Shown here one piece after another: positions 1 to 8,897 of a stretch of DNA of 19,664 nucleotides. The notes under the pieces are model-generated. The model saw only the letters and a program-made list of their open reading frames with translations, was not told where the DNA came from and ran no database searches. The translations under genes were made by a program, and so were the position numbers. Source of the stretch: Candidatus Cloacimonadota bacterium (lineage in GTDB: Bacteria; Cloacimonadota; Cloacimonadia; Cloacimonadales; WRIO01); the NCBI GenBank assembly GCA_029564175.1, contig JAKQQL010000152.1:1-19664 (forward strand), read 5' to 3'. Every line of letters begins with the position of its first letter. The first letter of the stretch is position 1.

Positions 1-1
1 C

Positions 2-1078
2 AAAGACTGCAACGCCGCAGTTGTAACTACAACTAACAAAGTTTTCGCAGCTCCTGTAAAACTTTGCCGCGAAAGAAAGGACAACAAGATCAAAGGAATT
101 CTAATCAATTCTACAAACGCGAATGCCTGTACCGGAGACCATGGATACGAAACCGCAGTTAAACTCACTGCCGAAACAGCGCGCGCAATCGAAGCTCGTG
201 AAAATTCCATTCTCAACTGTTCAACAGGCATCATTGGCGTTCAGCTGCCTTACGAAAAGATATCAGCAAAGATCAATTCGCTGACTGCCGCACTTTCGCC
301 TGAAAACGGAAAAGAAATTCCTAAAGCGATTATGACAACAGACACAGTGCCTAAATTCTGCTGTTACAGTTTTGAAACATCAAAAGGGAGCTTTAAGATC
401 GCGTCTACCGCAAAAGGCGCCGGAATGATCGCTCCGAACATGGCGACGCTTCTTTGCTTTTCAGTAACCGACGCACCGATCGCAAAAAATGATCTCGACA
501 GAATTTTTTCAGAGACCATAGACAAAACCGTCAACGCTATCACAATCGACGGAGACATGTCAACCAATGATACTGCGATAATACTTTCTCCGTTTTCTGA
601 AGATAATCTCAAAAATGAAGACCTCGTGGAATTTGAAAAAGCACTTTACGCAGTTCTTTTCGATATTTCAAAACAGCTCGTAACAGACGGAGAAGGTGCT
701 ACAAAATGCGTTGAGATTCTCGTTAACGGAGCGAAGACTGCAGCAGATGCGAAAAAATGCGCGAAAGAAATCGCAGAATCTCTTCTAGTCAAGACTGCAT
801 TTTTCGGAAGTGATCCCAACTGGGGAAGAGTCGCCTGCGCAGCAGGTTATTCTGGAGCAGAATTTGATCCTCAGAAAATGTCGATCAGCTTTGATGATAT
901 GATGATATTCAAAAACGGAGCGCCTCTTAATTTCGACAAAAAAGATCTCGAATCCGTTATGAAGAAAAAGGAATTCAGAGTTACGGTTGAATTAAATGCA
1001 GGAAATTTTTCATTCATGTATCTGACAAGCGATATCTCGGTTGATTACGTAAAAATCAACGCGGAATATTCGACATAG
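2..1078 (+). CDS. argJ: Glutamate N-acetyltransferase / ornithine acetyltransferase ArgJ (5'-truncated by window edge)
   Basis: Frame is open from position 2 (KDCNAAVVTTTNKVFAAPV...INSTNANACTG...STGIIG). Contains IMTTDT, the autocleavage motif KGAGMIAPNMAT, DGDMSTND, DGEGATK, SLLVKTA, DPNWGR and the C-terminal YVKINAEYST. Confidence 0.97.
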   Translation, partial: KDCNAAVVTTTNKVFAAPVKLCRERKDNKIKGILINSTNANACTGDHGYETAVKLTAETARAIEARENSILNCSTGIIGVQLPYEKISAKINSLTAALSPENGKEIPKAIMTTDTVPKFCCYSFETSKGSFKIASTAKGAGMIAPNMATLLCFSVTDAPIAKNDLDRIFSETIDKTVNAITIDGDMSTNDTAIILSPFSEDNLKNEDLVEFEKALYAVLFDISKQLVTDGEGATKCVEILVNGAKTAADAKKCAKEIAESLLVKTAFFGSDPNWGRVACAAGYSGAEFDPQKMSISFDDMMIFKNGAPLNFDKKDLESVMKKKEFRVTVELNAGNFSFMYLTSDISVDYVKINAEYST

Positions 1079-1086
1079 GAGATTGA

Positions 1087-2466
1087 TTGTTCGAATTGCT
1101 TAAAATTAATTATTATAAATCTGCGGCGCTAGGGCGTAGAAAAAACGCTTTTTCTAACGCCTGCCGCAGAATTTCACAAACCGGATCATTTGAAGCCGCA
1201 TGTGCCTTAATCGAAATTTTCACCGCCAAACAGAATATTTCCGTAGACCAGAAACGCGAAATCGTTCATTCTCTTTCATCTTTTCAGGATGTAATTATTT
1301 CAGCTCTTAAAAAATACCTATCAGCGATTGCAAAAGATATTCATTTTTTCATTCCGATTCTGCCTCATAATACAACAAGCGGAGATTTTCTTTTTATTCT
1401 TGATGTTCCTCTTGATACGGATGACATAATTTCTTTTTTCGGTGATATAAAATATTCTTCGGCATTTCCGCTTGTTTCAAAAACTTCACGAAACCGCTTT
1501 CATCCGTCACGGTTAAATGCCATGAGTGCGATGATTAAAATCGACAAACTTAAAGCGACTCCTGTTCTCAAGGATATTCTATTGAACGATGAGGGAATGT
1601 TTTTCAGAAGGGCTGCAGCAGAAATACTTCTTTCTTCATCAATACCGATGAATGACGACGAATACATGTCTGCAATGATTTTAACCGGAAGATTCGAAGA
1701 AGCGTTCGAAGACAAATCCTTATTCGAAAACACAATAAAAAAACTTTACCCTTCACTTGACAAGCGCGCGAAGCTGGATGCGCTTTCTTTTTCAGCAACT
1801 AATAAAATTATGCTGTCGCTGATTGAATCTGCGCTTTCGTCACCGGACGAGGAAATACGCATGTTCGCATGCAGAATGTATTCTTCATTTGAAAATATTG
1901 ATAGAGCAAGAATAGTTTCTTTGCTTAACGATTCTGATTCAAATGTAAGAAACGCCGCATCAGGTGCGATACTTACAGACTGCGACAAATACATATCGGC
2001 AATAATGTCGATTATAGAAACCAGCATCGATTCAGGAATATCTCTTTTCTATCTTACAAGTATCGAGAACACATTGATAGGCATGGGAAAAACAATAATC
2101 CCTCACATGAAACGCCTTCTTGAAAAAAACAATTCGGCTGCCCTTCTTGCGGCTGAAGTTTTGAGTGAAATTGACGATGATGAAATTTTCAGTTTAATGA
2201 CTCTTCTTGCCGGAAATGATAATCCCGCTATACGCCAGATAGCGATAGAACATCTCGGCAATATGCGAAACCCTGAACTCTTTGATAAGATTGCAGCATT
2301 TACATCAGATAAAAATCCGCAGGTAAGAAAAACCGCCTATGATTCTTTAATTCTTTCTGACATCACAAAGGCTGAAAATTTTCTGAAAGAATTAACTCCC
2401 AATCTCGACTACGATGACAAAACTTATTTAAAGAATGTTCTTTCCGAAATATCAAGAGTTAATTAG
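1087..2466 (+). CDS. HEAT-repeat (PBS lyase-like) domain protein
   Basis: 459-aa ORF with TTG start and AGGAGA RBS at 1077-1082. Repeated HEAT units: LSSPDEEIRMFA, LNDSDSNVRNAA, DNPAIRQIAIEHLG, DKNPQVRKTAYDSL. Confidence 0.8.
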   Translation: MFELLKINYYKSAALGRRKNAFSNACRRISQTGSFEAACALIEIFTAKQNISVDQKREIVHSLSSFQDVIISALKKYLSAIAKDIHFFIPILPHNTTSGDFLFILDVPLDTDDIISFFGDIKYSSAFPLVSKTSRNRFHPSRLNAMSAMIKIDKLKATPVLKDILLNDEGMFFRRAAAEILLSSSIPMNDDEYMSAMILTGRFEEAFEDKSLFENTIKKLYPSLDKRAKLDALSFSATNKIMLSLIESALSSPDEEIRMFACRMYSSFENIDRARIVSLLNDSDSNVRNAASGAILTDCDKYISAIMSIIETSIDSGISLFYLTSIENTLIGMGKTIIPHMKRLLEKNNSAALLAAEVLSEIDDDEIFSLMTLLAGNDNPAIRQIAIEHLGNMRNPELFDKIAAFTSDKNPQVRKTAYDSLILSDITKAENFLKELTPNLDYDDKTYLKNVLSEISRVN

Positions 2467-3326
2467 ATAACATATTTTTTCGCTATACTCAAAGCCTGAT
2501 TTTTATATGACAAACCGAAAAGATTAAGATGATTGAGGACATGGTATAAATTATAAAGATCCCTTCTTTCACGGTATCCTTTATCCAGCGGATAGACGTC
2601 ATTATAACCGCAGTAAAATTCATTTGAGAAACCGCCGAAAAGTTCAGTCATCGCGATATCGGCTTCCCTCGATCCGATATAAACCGCAGGATCTATGAGA
2701 TAACATCCCTCGGCGGAATTGATATAATTGCCGCCCCAAAGATCACCGTGAACAAGTGAAGGTTTATCTTCAGGAATAATATCGCCGAGCTTATCAATGA
2801 GCTTGGAAAATACATCCGCCTCATGATCATCAAAATATTTTTTTTTTACTGCAAACTTCAGCTGATGACCGAGCCTCATTTCAGCGAAAAACGAAACCCA
2901 TGAAGCTGAATAATCATTCAACTGACGGTTTGCTCCGATATAATTATTCTCAGAAAAACCATATTTATTGCCGGCATCCTTCCTGTGAAGTTCACCCAGT
3001 TCCCTTCCGAAATTATAATCGGATGATTTTGACGGAGAAGTTCTTTCAATATACCGCATGATTATATATTGATATCCTTCTGCTGTAAAAACTTTATAAA
3101 CATCAGGAACTCTTGCCCCGAAAGAACCAAGAGCTGCAAGTCCATTGCTTTCGCATTTGAATAAACCTTCAGGACTCAGCTCATTCTTTTTAATAAATAC
3201 GCTTTTACCGTCATTTATTTCTGCGAGAAATGATTCGCTTATCGAACCGCCTGAAACGGACGTAATCGATTTTACTTCGGCCGATTGACCGAAAATATCC
3301 TTAACAGCCGGACGGATATTATGCAT
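2463..3326 (-). CDS. Fructosamine/ketosamine-3-kinase family protein
   Basis: Motifs VSGGSI, FIKKN, FGRELGELH, YGFSENNYIG, PSLVHGDLWGGN, LIDPAVY, EADIAMTELFGGF, LYNLYHVLNHLNLFG. Confidence 0.95.
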   Translation of the reverse strand: MHNIRPAVKDIFGQSAEVKSITSVSGGSISESFLAEINDGKSVFIKKNELSPEGLFKCESNGLAALGSFGARVPDVYKVFTAEGYQYIIMRYIERTSPSKSSDYNFGRELGELHRKDAGNKYGFSENNYIGANRQLNDYSASWVSFFAEMRLGHQLKFAVKKKYFDDHEADVFSKLIDKLGDIIPEDKPSLVHGDLWGGNYINSAEGCYLIDPAVYIGSREADIAMTELFGGFSNEFYCGYNDVYPLDKGYRERRDLYNLYHVLNHLNLFGLSYKNQALSIAKKYVI

Positions 3327-3792
3327 TTTCCTTCATTATATATTCTATTATTTTTTCACAGGTTCGCAAACACATCTCAAAAACAATCTCGAAATCGGCT
3401 TCATTTCCGTAATACGGATCTGGCACATCACCCGGACCTTTCGGGTCATACTTACGGAAAAGCATAATCTTTTTATCCGCTCCGCCCGCAAGTCTTTCAA
3501 TATTATGAAGATTTTCGGAATCCATCGCGAAGATCAAATCATATCCGGCGATATCCGCTTTTGTAATTTTATGCGCGGAATGATTTATAGGAACCCCGTG
3601 AGAACGCAGCGTTTTAATAGTTCTAGAATCGGCATTTCCGCCTTCATGATATCCGGCTGTTCCGCTTGACGCGGCTATAACAGAATCTGATATTCCTTTT
3701 TCTGCAGCAATATGATTAAACACAGCTTCAGCCATCGGAGAACGGCAGATATTACCAAGACAAACAAACATAACTTTAGAATTCATTCGCAC
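3319..3792 (-). CDS. Low-molecular-weight protein-tyrosine phosphatase (start may be the ATG at 3786)
   Basis: P-loop VCLGNICRSPMAE, SSGTAGYH, FAMD, VPDPYYG. Overlaps the downstream kinase gene by 8 nt, consistent with an operon. Confidence 0.96.
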   Translation of the reverse strand: MRMNSKVMFVCLGNICRSPMAEAVFNHIAAEKGISDSVIAASSGTAGYHEGGNADSRTIKTLRSHGVPINHSAHKITKADIAGYDLIFAMDSENLHNIERLAGGADKKIMLFRKYDPKGPGDVPDPYYGNEADFEIVFEMCLRTCEKIIEYIMKENA

Positions 3793-3829
3793 CTTTAAAA
3801 ACTTATTGATTTATTTCTGTAAATTAATC

Positions 3830-3857
3830 AATGTAGAAATGTTCTTATTAAGGTCAA
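3830..3857 (-). promoter_or_regulatory. Putative sigma70 promoter for the phosphatase-kinase operon
   Basis: Minus strand TTGACC-16 nt-TACATT upstream of 3792. Confidence 0.4.
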
Positions 3858-3877
3858 ATAATTATTGCGGGGCTTAA

Positions 3878-4021
3878 ATGGAATTCTACACATACGTATG
3901 CGATATCTGCAAAAAAACATCAAGAATATCAAAAGATGATGCCATTCCGCAATGCTGCGGAAAACTGATGACGAGACTTAACCCAAACGATAGTAAATCA
4001 GGTAATCTCGCGGATAAATAG
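3878..4021 (+). CDS. Small desulforedoxin-like / zinc-ribbon metal-binding protein (47 aa; below the ORF-track cutoff)
   Basis: Manual translation MEFYTYVCDICKKTSRISKDDAIPQCCGKLMTRLNPNDSKSGNLADK*, pattern Y-x-C-x2-C-x14-CCG-x2-M. GCGGGG lies upstream of the ATG. Confidence 0.75.
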   Translation: MEFYTYVCDICKKTSRISKDDAIPQCCGKLMTRLNPNDSKSGNLADK

Positions 4022-5293
4022 AGGCTCAATGCTTTCGGTTTTTTTATATAGAACAAAGAGTTTTTCCTTCGCACGGCTCAGCGCGACGTAAAGAAGTCTG
4101 CGCTCTTCCTCAAGCGAATTAAACGCGCACGGAAAAACTCCGTCTTCAACTCCGCATAAAATCACATTGTCGAATTCAAGCCCTTTCGCTCCATGAATCG
4201 TAGAAAATGAAACACCGCAATCACAGATTTCTTTTTTTATTCTGTCTCCGTAATAATTGTTTCTGTACAAAACACAATTTGTTCCTGCAACCGACCGAGA
4301 GAGAATCTGCTTAATCAATTCTATTTCATCCTTCCATGATGAATACTGCATAAATGTAATCTCGCCACCTGCGCCCGAAGCCGATTTAATTTTTTTTCTG
4401 CTTCTGTTTTTGTTTCTTTTTATTGCTCTCTCTGAAATACGGATAATCTCGCGGCGCGAACGGTAATTTACGGTCAAAAAATATTTCGATACCGAGCGGA
4501 AATACTTATGCGGACGTATCATGTAATCTATATTCGCATCGCGGAAACCGTAAATCGACTGCCAGTCATCCCCGACCGCGAAAAGATTAGGCTTATCATC
4601 CGGCAGAAGATTTTTAAGCAGAAGAAAATTATCATCGGAAGTATCCTGAAACTCATCGACAAAAATATATTTGAACCGTTTTCTCATCTTTTCCCTGAAA
4701 TCAGGATTATCAGTCAGAATTGAATTCGCACAAAAAATTAAATCTGAAAAAGTCAAAAGCGAACGTTCTTTTTTATAATTTTCAAAATCGGTTTTGACGC
4801 TTTCGAGCTCTCTAGTAATCCCGATATCCGTCAGCGTTTTTATCCGCGATTCATCAAGCCGGTGAAGATTCTTGAGAAGATAAAAAACCGTTTTATTTGA
4901 AAGCCCCATGAAATTATCGATTTTCGAAGCAACTATGTCCGAAAGAAACTTCTCCTCATCGTCCTCGCTCATGACGCTGAACTTTTCGATTCCGAAATGT
5001 TCTGAAAGTAATTTAGGATTTTCCGAAAGAATACGGTAGCATAATGAATGAAAAGTTCCGGCTGTAATTTTATGCGCGTCGTCAATTTCTTTTCCCGAAC
5101 GTTCTCTTATTTCTTCAGCAGCTTTTCTTGAAAATGTCAGAATTAGAATTTCTTCGGGTTTGACTCTGCCGTCCCTGAGAGTATTTTCAATCCGTTTAAC
5201 GAGGGTTTTAGTTTTACCGCTTCCGGCACCGGCGATTACAACGCTGATTCCTTCGGAGAATTTCGCGGCTTTATTTTGTTCTTTATTCAGCAT
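3998..5293 (-). CDS. SF1A UvrD/Rep/PcrA-family ATP-dependent DNA helicase, compact (lacks 2B domain)
   Basis: Motifs: Q LNKEQ, I IAGAGSGKT, Ia LTFSRKAAEE, Ib TFHSLC, II VDEFQD, III VGDDWQSIYGFRDA, IV NYRS, VLYRNN, V STIHGAKGLEFDNV, VI EEERRLLYVALSRAKEKL. Confidence 0.95.
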   Translation of the reverse strand: MLNKEQNKAAKFSEGISVVIAGAGSGKTKTLVKRIENTLRDGRVKPEEILILTFSRKAAEEIRERSGKEIDDAHKITAGTFHSLCYRILSENPKLLSEHFGIEKFSVMSEDDEEKFLSDIVASKIDNFMGLSNKTVFYLLKNLHRLDESRIKTLTDIGITRELESVKTDFENYKKERSLLTFSDLIFCANSILTDNPDFREKMRKRFKYIFVDEFQDTSDDNFLLLKNLLPDDKPNLFAVGDDWQSIYGFRDANIDYMIRPHKYFRSVSKYFLTVNYRSRREIIRISERAIKRNKNRSRKKIKSASGAGGEITFMQYSSWKDEIELIKQILSRSVAGTNCVLYRNNYYGDRIKKEICDCGVSFSTIHGAKGLEFDNVILCGVEDGVFPCAFNSLEEERRLLYVALSRAKEKLFVLYKKTESIEPLFIREIT

Positions 5294-5351
5294 ACCAATT
5301 AATACGGATTTGCTTTAAGTTTTTATCACTAAAAATGAATTTTTTTTAAAA

Positions 5352-5390
5352 CTGTTTCATATGATGTTCAAGATGAAAGCATCATGACAG
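5352..5390. terminator. Hairpin, possible terminator downstream of the acyltransferase gene
   Basis: ATGATG-TTCA-aga-TGAA-ag-CATCAT imperfect stem with outer CTGT/ACAG pairing, lying between the acyltransferase stop and the helicase start. Confidence 0.3.
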
Positions 5391-5400
5391 CAATAAATTA

Positions 5401-6553
5401 CTATTTCATATTTTTCATTCCGAAAAGAAAACGCATTACATTCCATCTTCTTACTGCAAACTCATACAAGAGAATTGTCAAAATAAGAGAAATGAATATT
5501 ATCAATAAGTATTTAAGAATTACAGGTGATTCCAGCATCACAACAAAATATCCGATAACAATAATCACTGTCTGATGAATGATATAAAACGGCAGAACAG
5601 CCTCATTCGCATATGACAAAAATTTATTCTTAAAACTGAATCTTTTCAAAAATAATCCGTGCAGTCCTATAATGAAACACCATGACGCGAAACCGCAAAT
5701 TCCCTGCATAATCGTATACCGTGTACTCAGATATTCCGGATATTTGCCAATCCAAAAGTAGACAAGTATGGCAGTGCAAATAACGGCAAATAACAGAGCT
5801 GTGCGATAGTAACGCAAAATAATCTCTTTGCAGTTCTTATTAGAATGCAGAAAAACAGCAAATATAAATATCAGCATGTAAACCGTAACCGGCCAGCCGC
5901 CGAAACCTCTTTGATTATATGTCATCTCAGGATTGAGGTATCCATTCAGCCATCCAGTCATAATTCCCGGAATAAATACTCCAAACGGCAACGACATTGT
6001 TTTTCCGAATAATGAAAAAATATTATTTTTCTTATCACGCACAGCATGTATCAGCAGTGGAAGAAAAATTACAGTAAACATCAATAGAATAAGAAGATAC
6101 CACAAATGAAGACCGAACCATGCCGTTACCGCCGAATCCGTACATTCCGTCAAAATAATGAGGATAAAAAGATAAATAATTCTCAAGAAATGCGTTTCGC
6201 GAATATTTTTCTAGGTAAACTTGCGGCGGAACAAGCACGAATACGCCGAATACAAGAGGAATAAAAAGCCGGATAATTCTATCTTTCAAAAATGCAAGCG
6301 GAGTCTTTGATCTCAGTACTATAATACTCGCGGCAGCCGATATAGAAAAAATAACAGGCATTATCCAAAGCATCATAAAGTTTGAGACAATTTCAAATAT
6401 CATATACTGCTGTTGTTTTTTTAAATGCCAGTCAGTGAACCTGAAAAAAAGTCCGCAATGGAAAACAAAAACAGAAAGCACTGTTATGACTCTAAGCCAG
6501 TCAATATCAATGCGACGGTCAGCTATACTAGTTGATTTCATTTGCCCCCACAT
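5401..6553 (-). pseudogene. Acyltransferase_3 (OpgC/MdoC-like) membrane acyltransferase split by a frameshift near 6124
   Basis: N-half (RRIDIDWLR, VFHC, WIMPVIFSISA, RLFIPLVFG, VPPQVY, YFDGMYGFGGN) is in one frame. C-half (AWFGLHLWYL...YANEAVLPFYIIHQTVI) is in another. Junction reads ggt aac g gca tgg. Confidence 0.85.
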
Positions 6554-6595
6554 AATATTTTTGTTTCATCAGAACCAGATCCATTCCGGTGCATT

Positions 6596-7600
6596 TCATT
6601 TTGGAGATTTGTATCCGCAGAAATATTTAAATGCTTTGAATTTTTCCGGTGAAATGCTACTGATTTCATGAGTTTCAAAATTATAAAGATAAAGCTTCAT
6701 TTTTAAAGGAGCAAAGCTTCCAAAATATATTATTCCTTTTGAATCGGTAGTCCATGCCGGATATAATGCATACTCATAAAACGGCGTATCGTAGAATATT
6801 TTCATTTCGCTGACACAAGGTTCATCCTTATTAAAGTCGGCAATTACAAGGGGATGCCCTGCGAATCCAAGCGGATCAAATGAGTCATCTCTCTCAAAAA
6901 CAATTTTCTTTTCATCCGGCGAAAGTGAAATACGATTAGGAAGCATCATAATTTTTTCATCAAATTTCAGAAATTCATATTTCCCTATTTTCCCCGGATC
7001 AGGTGTCAAAAGACGGACATACGGAGGCGAAAATAATCCCTTTTCGCCGGTTGACTCAAAGTAAGACTTATCAACTCCGTTCGTTGTCATTATTATTATT
7101 CGCCCGTCCTTCATTCCGCAATGAGCGAATTCCATGAAATCCGGATTGCTTATAAGTTTTTCATCACCCGGCTTTGAATGAGGCGTTGAAAAATAAATAT
7201 GCGATTTCCCGAAATCACATCTGTTGATTATTATATTATTACTCCCATCCCTTGTCCACGTAGGATTCAGGTCATTATGAGTTCCGTCAGTAATATCTCG
7301 TAAATCAGTTCCGTTAGGGCGAATCACGCAAATCTTTGTTTTCCATTCCGGGATATTAAGTTTAGGGCTGTTGACAATTCGGAAAAAAACAATCCATTCA
7401 CCGTCAGGCGACCATGAAGGTTTAAAATCAGGCCATTCCTGAGTTATTCTAACAGGTTCAGCTTCATCGGGTTTTCCGACATAAAGTTCATTATCAATGG
7501 TAAAAACACCGAACAGATCCGTTGACTGCCCGTGTTCTTTCTGCTGAGGAAAAAGACAAAATGAAACCACAGCAAAAATCATTACTAAATATTTTTTCAT
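6596..7600 (-). CDS. Secreted TolB-like / PD40 beta-propeller protein
   Basis: N-terminal signal peptide. PD40-like repeats PSWSPDGEWIVF, PTWTRDG, LSPDEKKIVF, PAWTTDSKGIIY. Confidence 0.85.
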   Translation of the reverse strand: MKKYLVMIFAVVSFCLFPQQKEHGQSTDLFGVFTIDNELYVGKPDEAEPVRITQEWPDFKPSWSPDGEWIVFFRIVNSPKLNIPEWKTKICVIRPNGTDLRDITDGTHNDLNPTWTRDGSNNIIINRCDFGKSHIYFSTPHSKPGDEKLISNPDFMEFAHCGMKDGRIIIMTTNGVDKSYFESTGEKGLFSPPYVRLLTPDPGKIGKYEFLKFDEKIMMLPNRISLSPDEKKIVFERDDSFDPLGFAGHPLVIADFNKDEPCVSEMKIFYDTPFYEYALYPAWTTDSKGIIYFGSFAPLKMKLYLYNFETHEISSISPEKFKAFKYFCGYKSPK

Positions 7601-7642
7601 AAAAAAGCCTTTATCATTTAAGATACAATAGGCTTCTATCTG

Positions 7643-7721
7643 ATTATAAACAATTTTGCAATTTATTTATGGTAAAAGGCATGATAAGAACTGTGAACTG
7701 CGTCAAAAGCAATGTCAACTG
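7643..7721 (-). promoter_or_regulatory. LytTR-type direct-repeat operator and -10 box for the TolB-like gene
   Basis: Minus strand CAGTTGACA (7721-7713), CAGTTCACA (7700-7692) and degenerate CCTTTTACC (7679-7671), spaced exactly 21 bp apart. TATAAT at 7648-7643. Confidence 0.7.
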
Positions 7722-7727
7722 AAGTCT

Positions 7728-8192
7728 TCATAATTTATCTTTGTCTGAGTTTTTACATTTTTCCGTCAATCTATTCTGAGCTTTGTGCAGTTTGCGGTTC
7801 AGTCTGATTTTATACAGATACATCAATGAAGTTGATAAAAGCCCCATCACAACTGAAAAAGCCGAAGCAATCATAGCGACAAAATGTTCAGCGTGACCGA
7901 GAAAACGCGAATATAAATATGATATTGCTGCGATGACAACTGAGACTGCCAGAAAAGATAACAATGTCCTGAATTTGAGATTACTGCTCGCGATAAGAGT
8001 AAAAGCATTATAGCAGATAAGCCCCATGATTAAGCCGGCTGTAAAACCCCTGAAAAGTGTAATATCCGTTTGCCAGTTAAAAACAATAATCAGAGGAATC
8101 GTAACTCCTATTCCGATAACTCCCGACAGGAATGAATATTTTATGGTTTCTATTATTACTACTTTAAAATTGATCTTCATTTTCAGCTCCAT
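7728..8192 (-). CDS. Four-TM membrane protein, probable LytTR-regulatory-system partner
   Basis: Four hydrophobic segments and a basic tail (LNRKLHKAQ). Directly downstream of a receiver-less LytTR gene. Confidence 0.65.
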   Translation of the reverse strand: MELKMKINFKVVIIETIKYSFLSGVIGIGVTIPLIIVFNWQTDITLFRGFTAGLIMGLICYNAFTLIASSNLKFRTLLSFLAVSVVIAAISYLYSRFLGHAEHFVAMIASAFSVVMGLLSTSLMYLYKIRLNRKLHKAQNRLTEKCKNSDKDKL

Positions 8193-8247
8193 TAGGATAT
8201 AAACTAATCTGGTCTAATCATTTCAAAAAGAAATGCACTTTCATTTC

Positions 8248-8799
8248 TTACATATCAATATATTTTTTGAAGAAAGAAACATTGCTTCTCGACACTTCAA
8301 TTTCCGCATCGGAATCTTTCATTTTCAAAAGCAGTCTTCCGCCGAACCATGGTATGATTTCATTAACTTTAAGAATGTTCACAACAAAAGATTTATTTAC
8401 CCGCACAAATCCTTTGCTCGAAAAAGCATTTTCAAGCTCATATAGTTTCTTTTTAATCTCATACTTTTTCGATTTTGCGACACAGAAAGTATCATTGTTA
8501 TCCGCTTCGAAATGTGAAATATCTGTCAATTGAATTATCTCAAAACTGTCATCTTTCTTCCCTACAACGGTTTCTTTATCCATCCAAGAGGATTCAGAAA
8601 CAACGAACTCATTAAGAAAAGCTGATAAATTATTTTCAAAGTTCGGATCAAATATAACAGATATTCCCGCATCAGGAACAGTGAAACCTTTCTCAACAAG
8701 AAAATAATCTGACTTATTATCAAGAAGCACATTCCGAAAATTCAGTATCTCGATAATCTTTTTTCGGTTCAAATCAGAACAAATAAGACAAAATTTCAT
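8248..8799 (-). CDS. LytTR-family DNA-binding regulator without a receiver domain
   Basis: C-terminal LytTR domain: DISHFEA, KKKLYELE, FVRVNKSFVVNILKV, GGRLLLKM, IEVSRS. The short N-terminal domain has no REC signature. Confidence 0.92.
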   Translation of the reverse strand: MKFCLICSDLNRKKIIEILNFRNVLLDNKSDYFLVEKGFTVPDAGISVIFDPNFENNLSAFLNEFVVSESSWMDKETVVGKKDDSFEIIQLTDISHFEADNNDTFCVAKSKKYEIKKKLYELENAFSSKGFVRVNKSFVVNILKVNEIIPWFGGRLLLKMKDSDAEIEVSRSNVSFFKKYIDM

Positions 8800-8897
8800 T
8801 TTATTCTCTCGTTACAAATCAAAGTCTCAATCAAATATATTTAACTTTTTTTATATAATGTTCGACTCAATGCAGAATATAATTTAATATAATAACT

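Noticed and set aside
3998..5293. Gabija or other helicase-based defence system
   Set aside because: There is no adjacent OLD/TOPRIM nuclease or other defence partner, and the gene sits among core-like genes.
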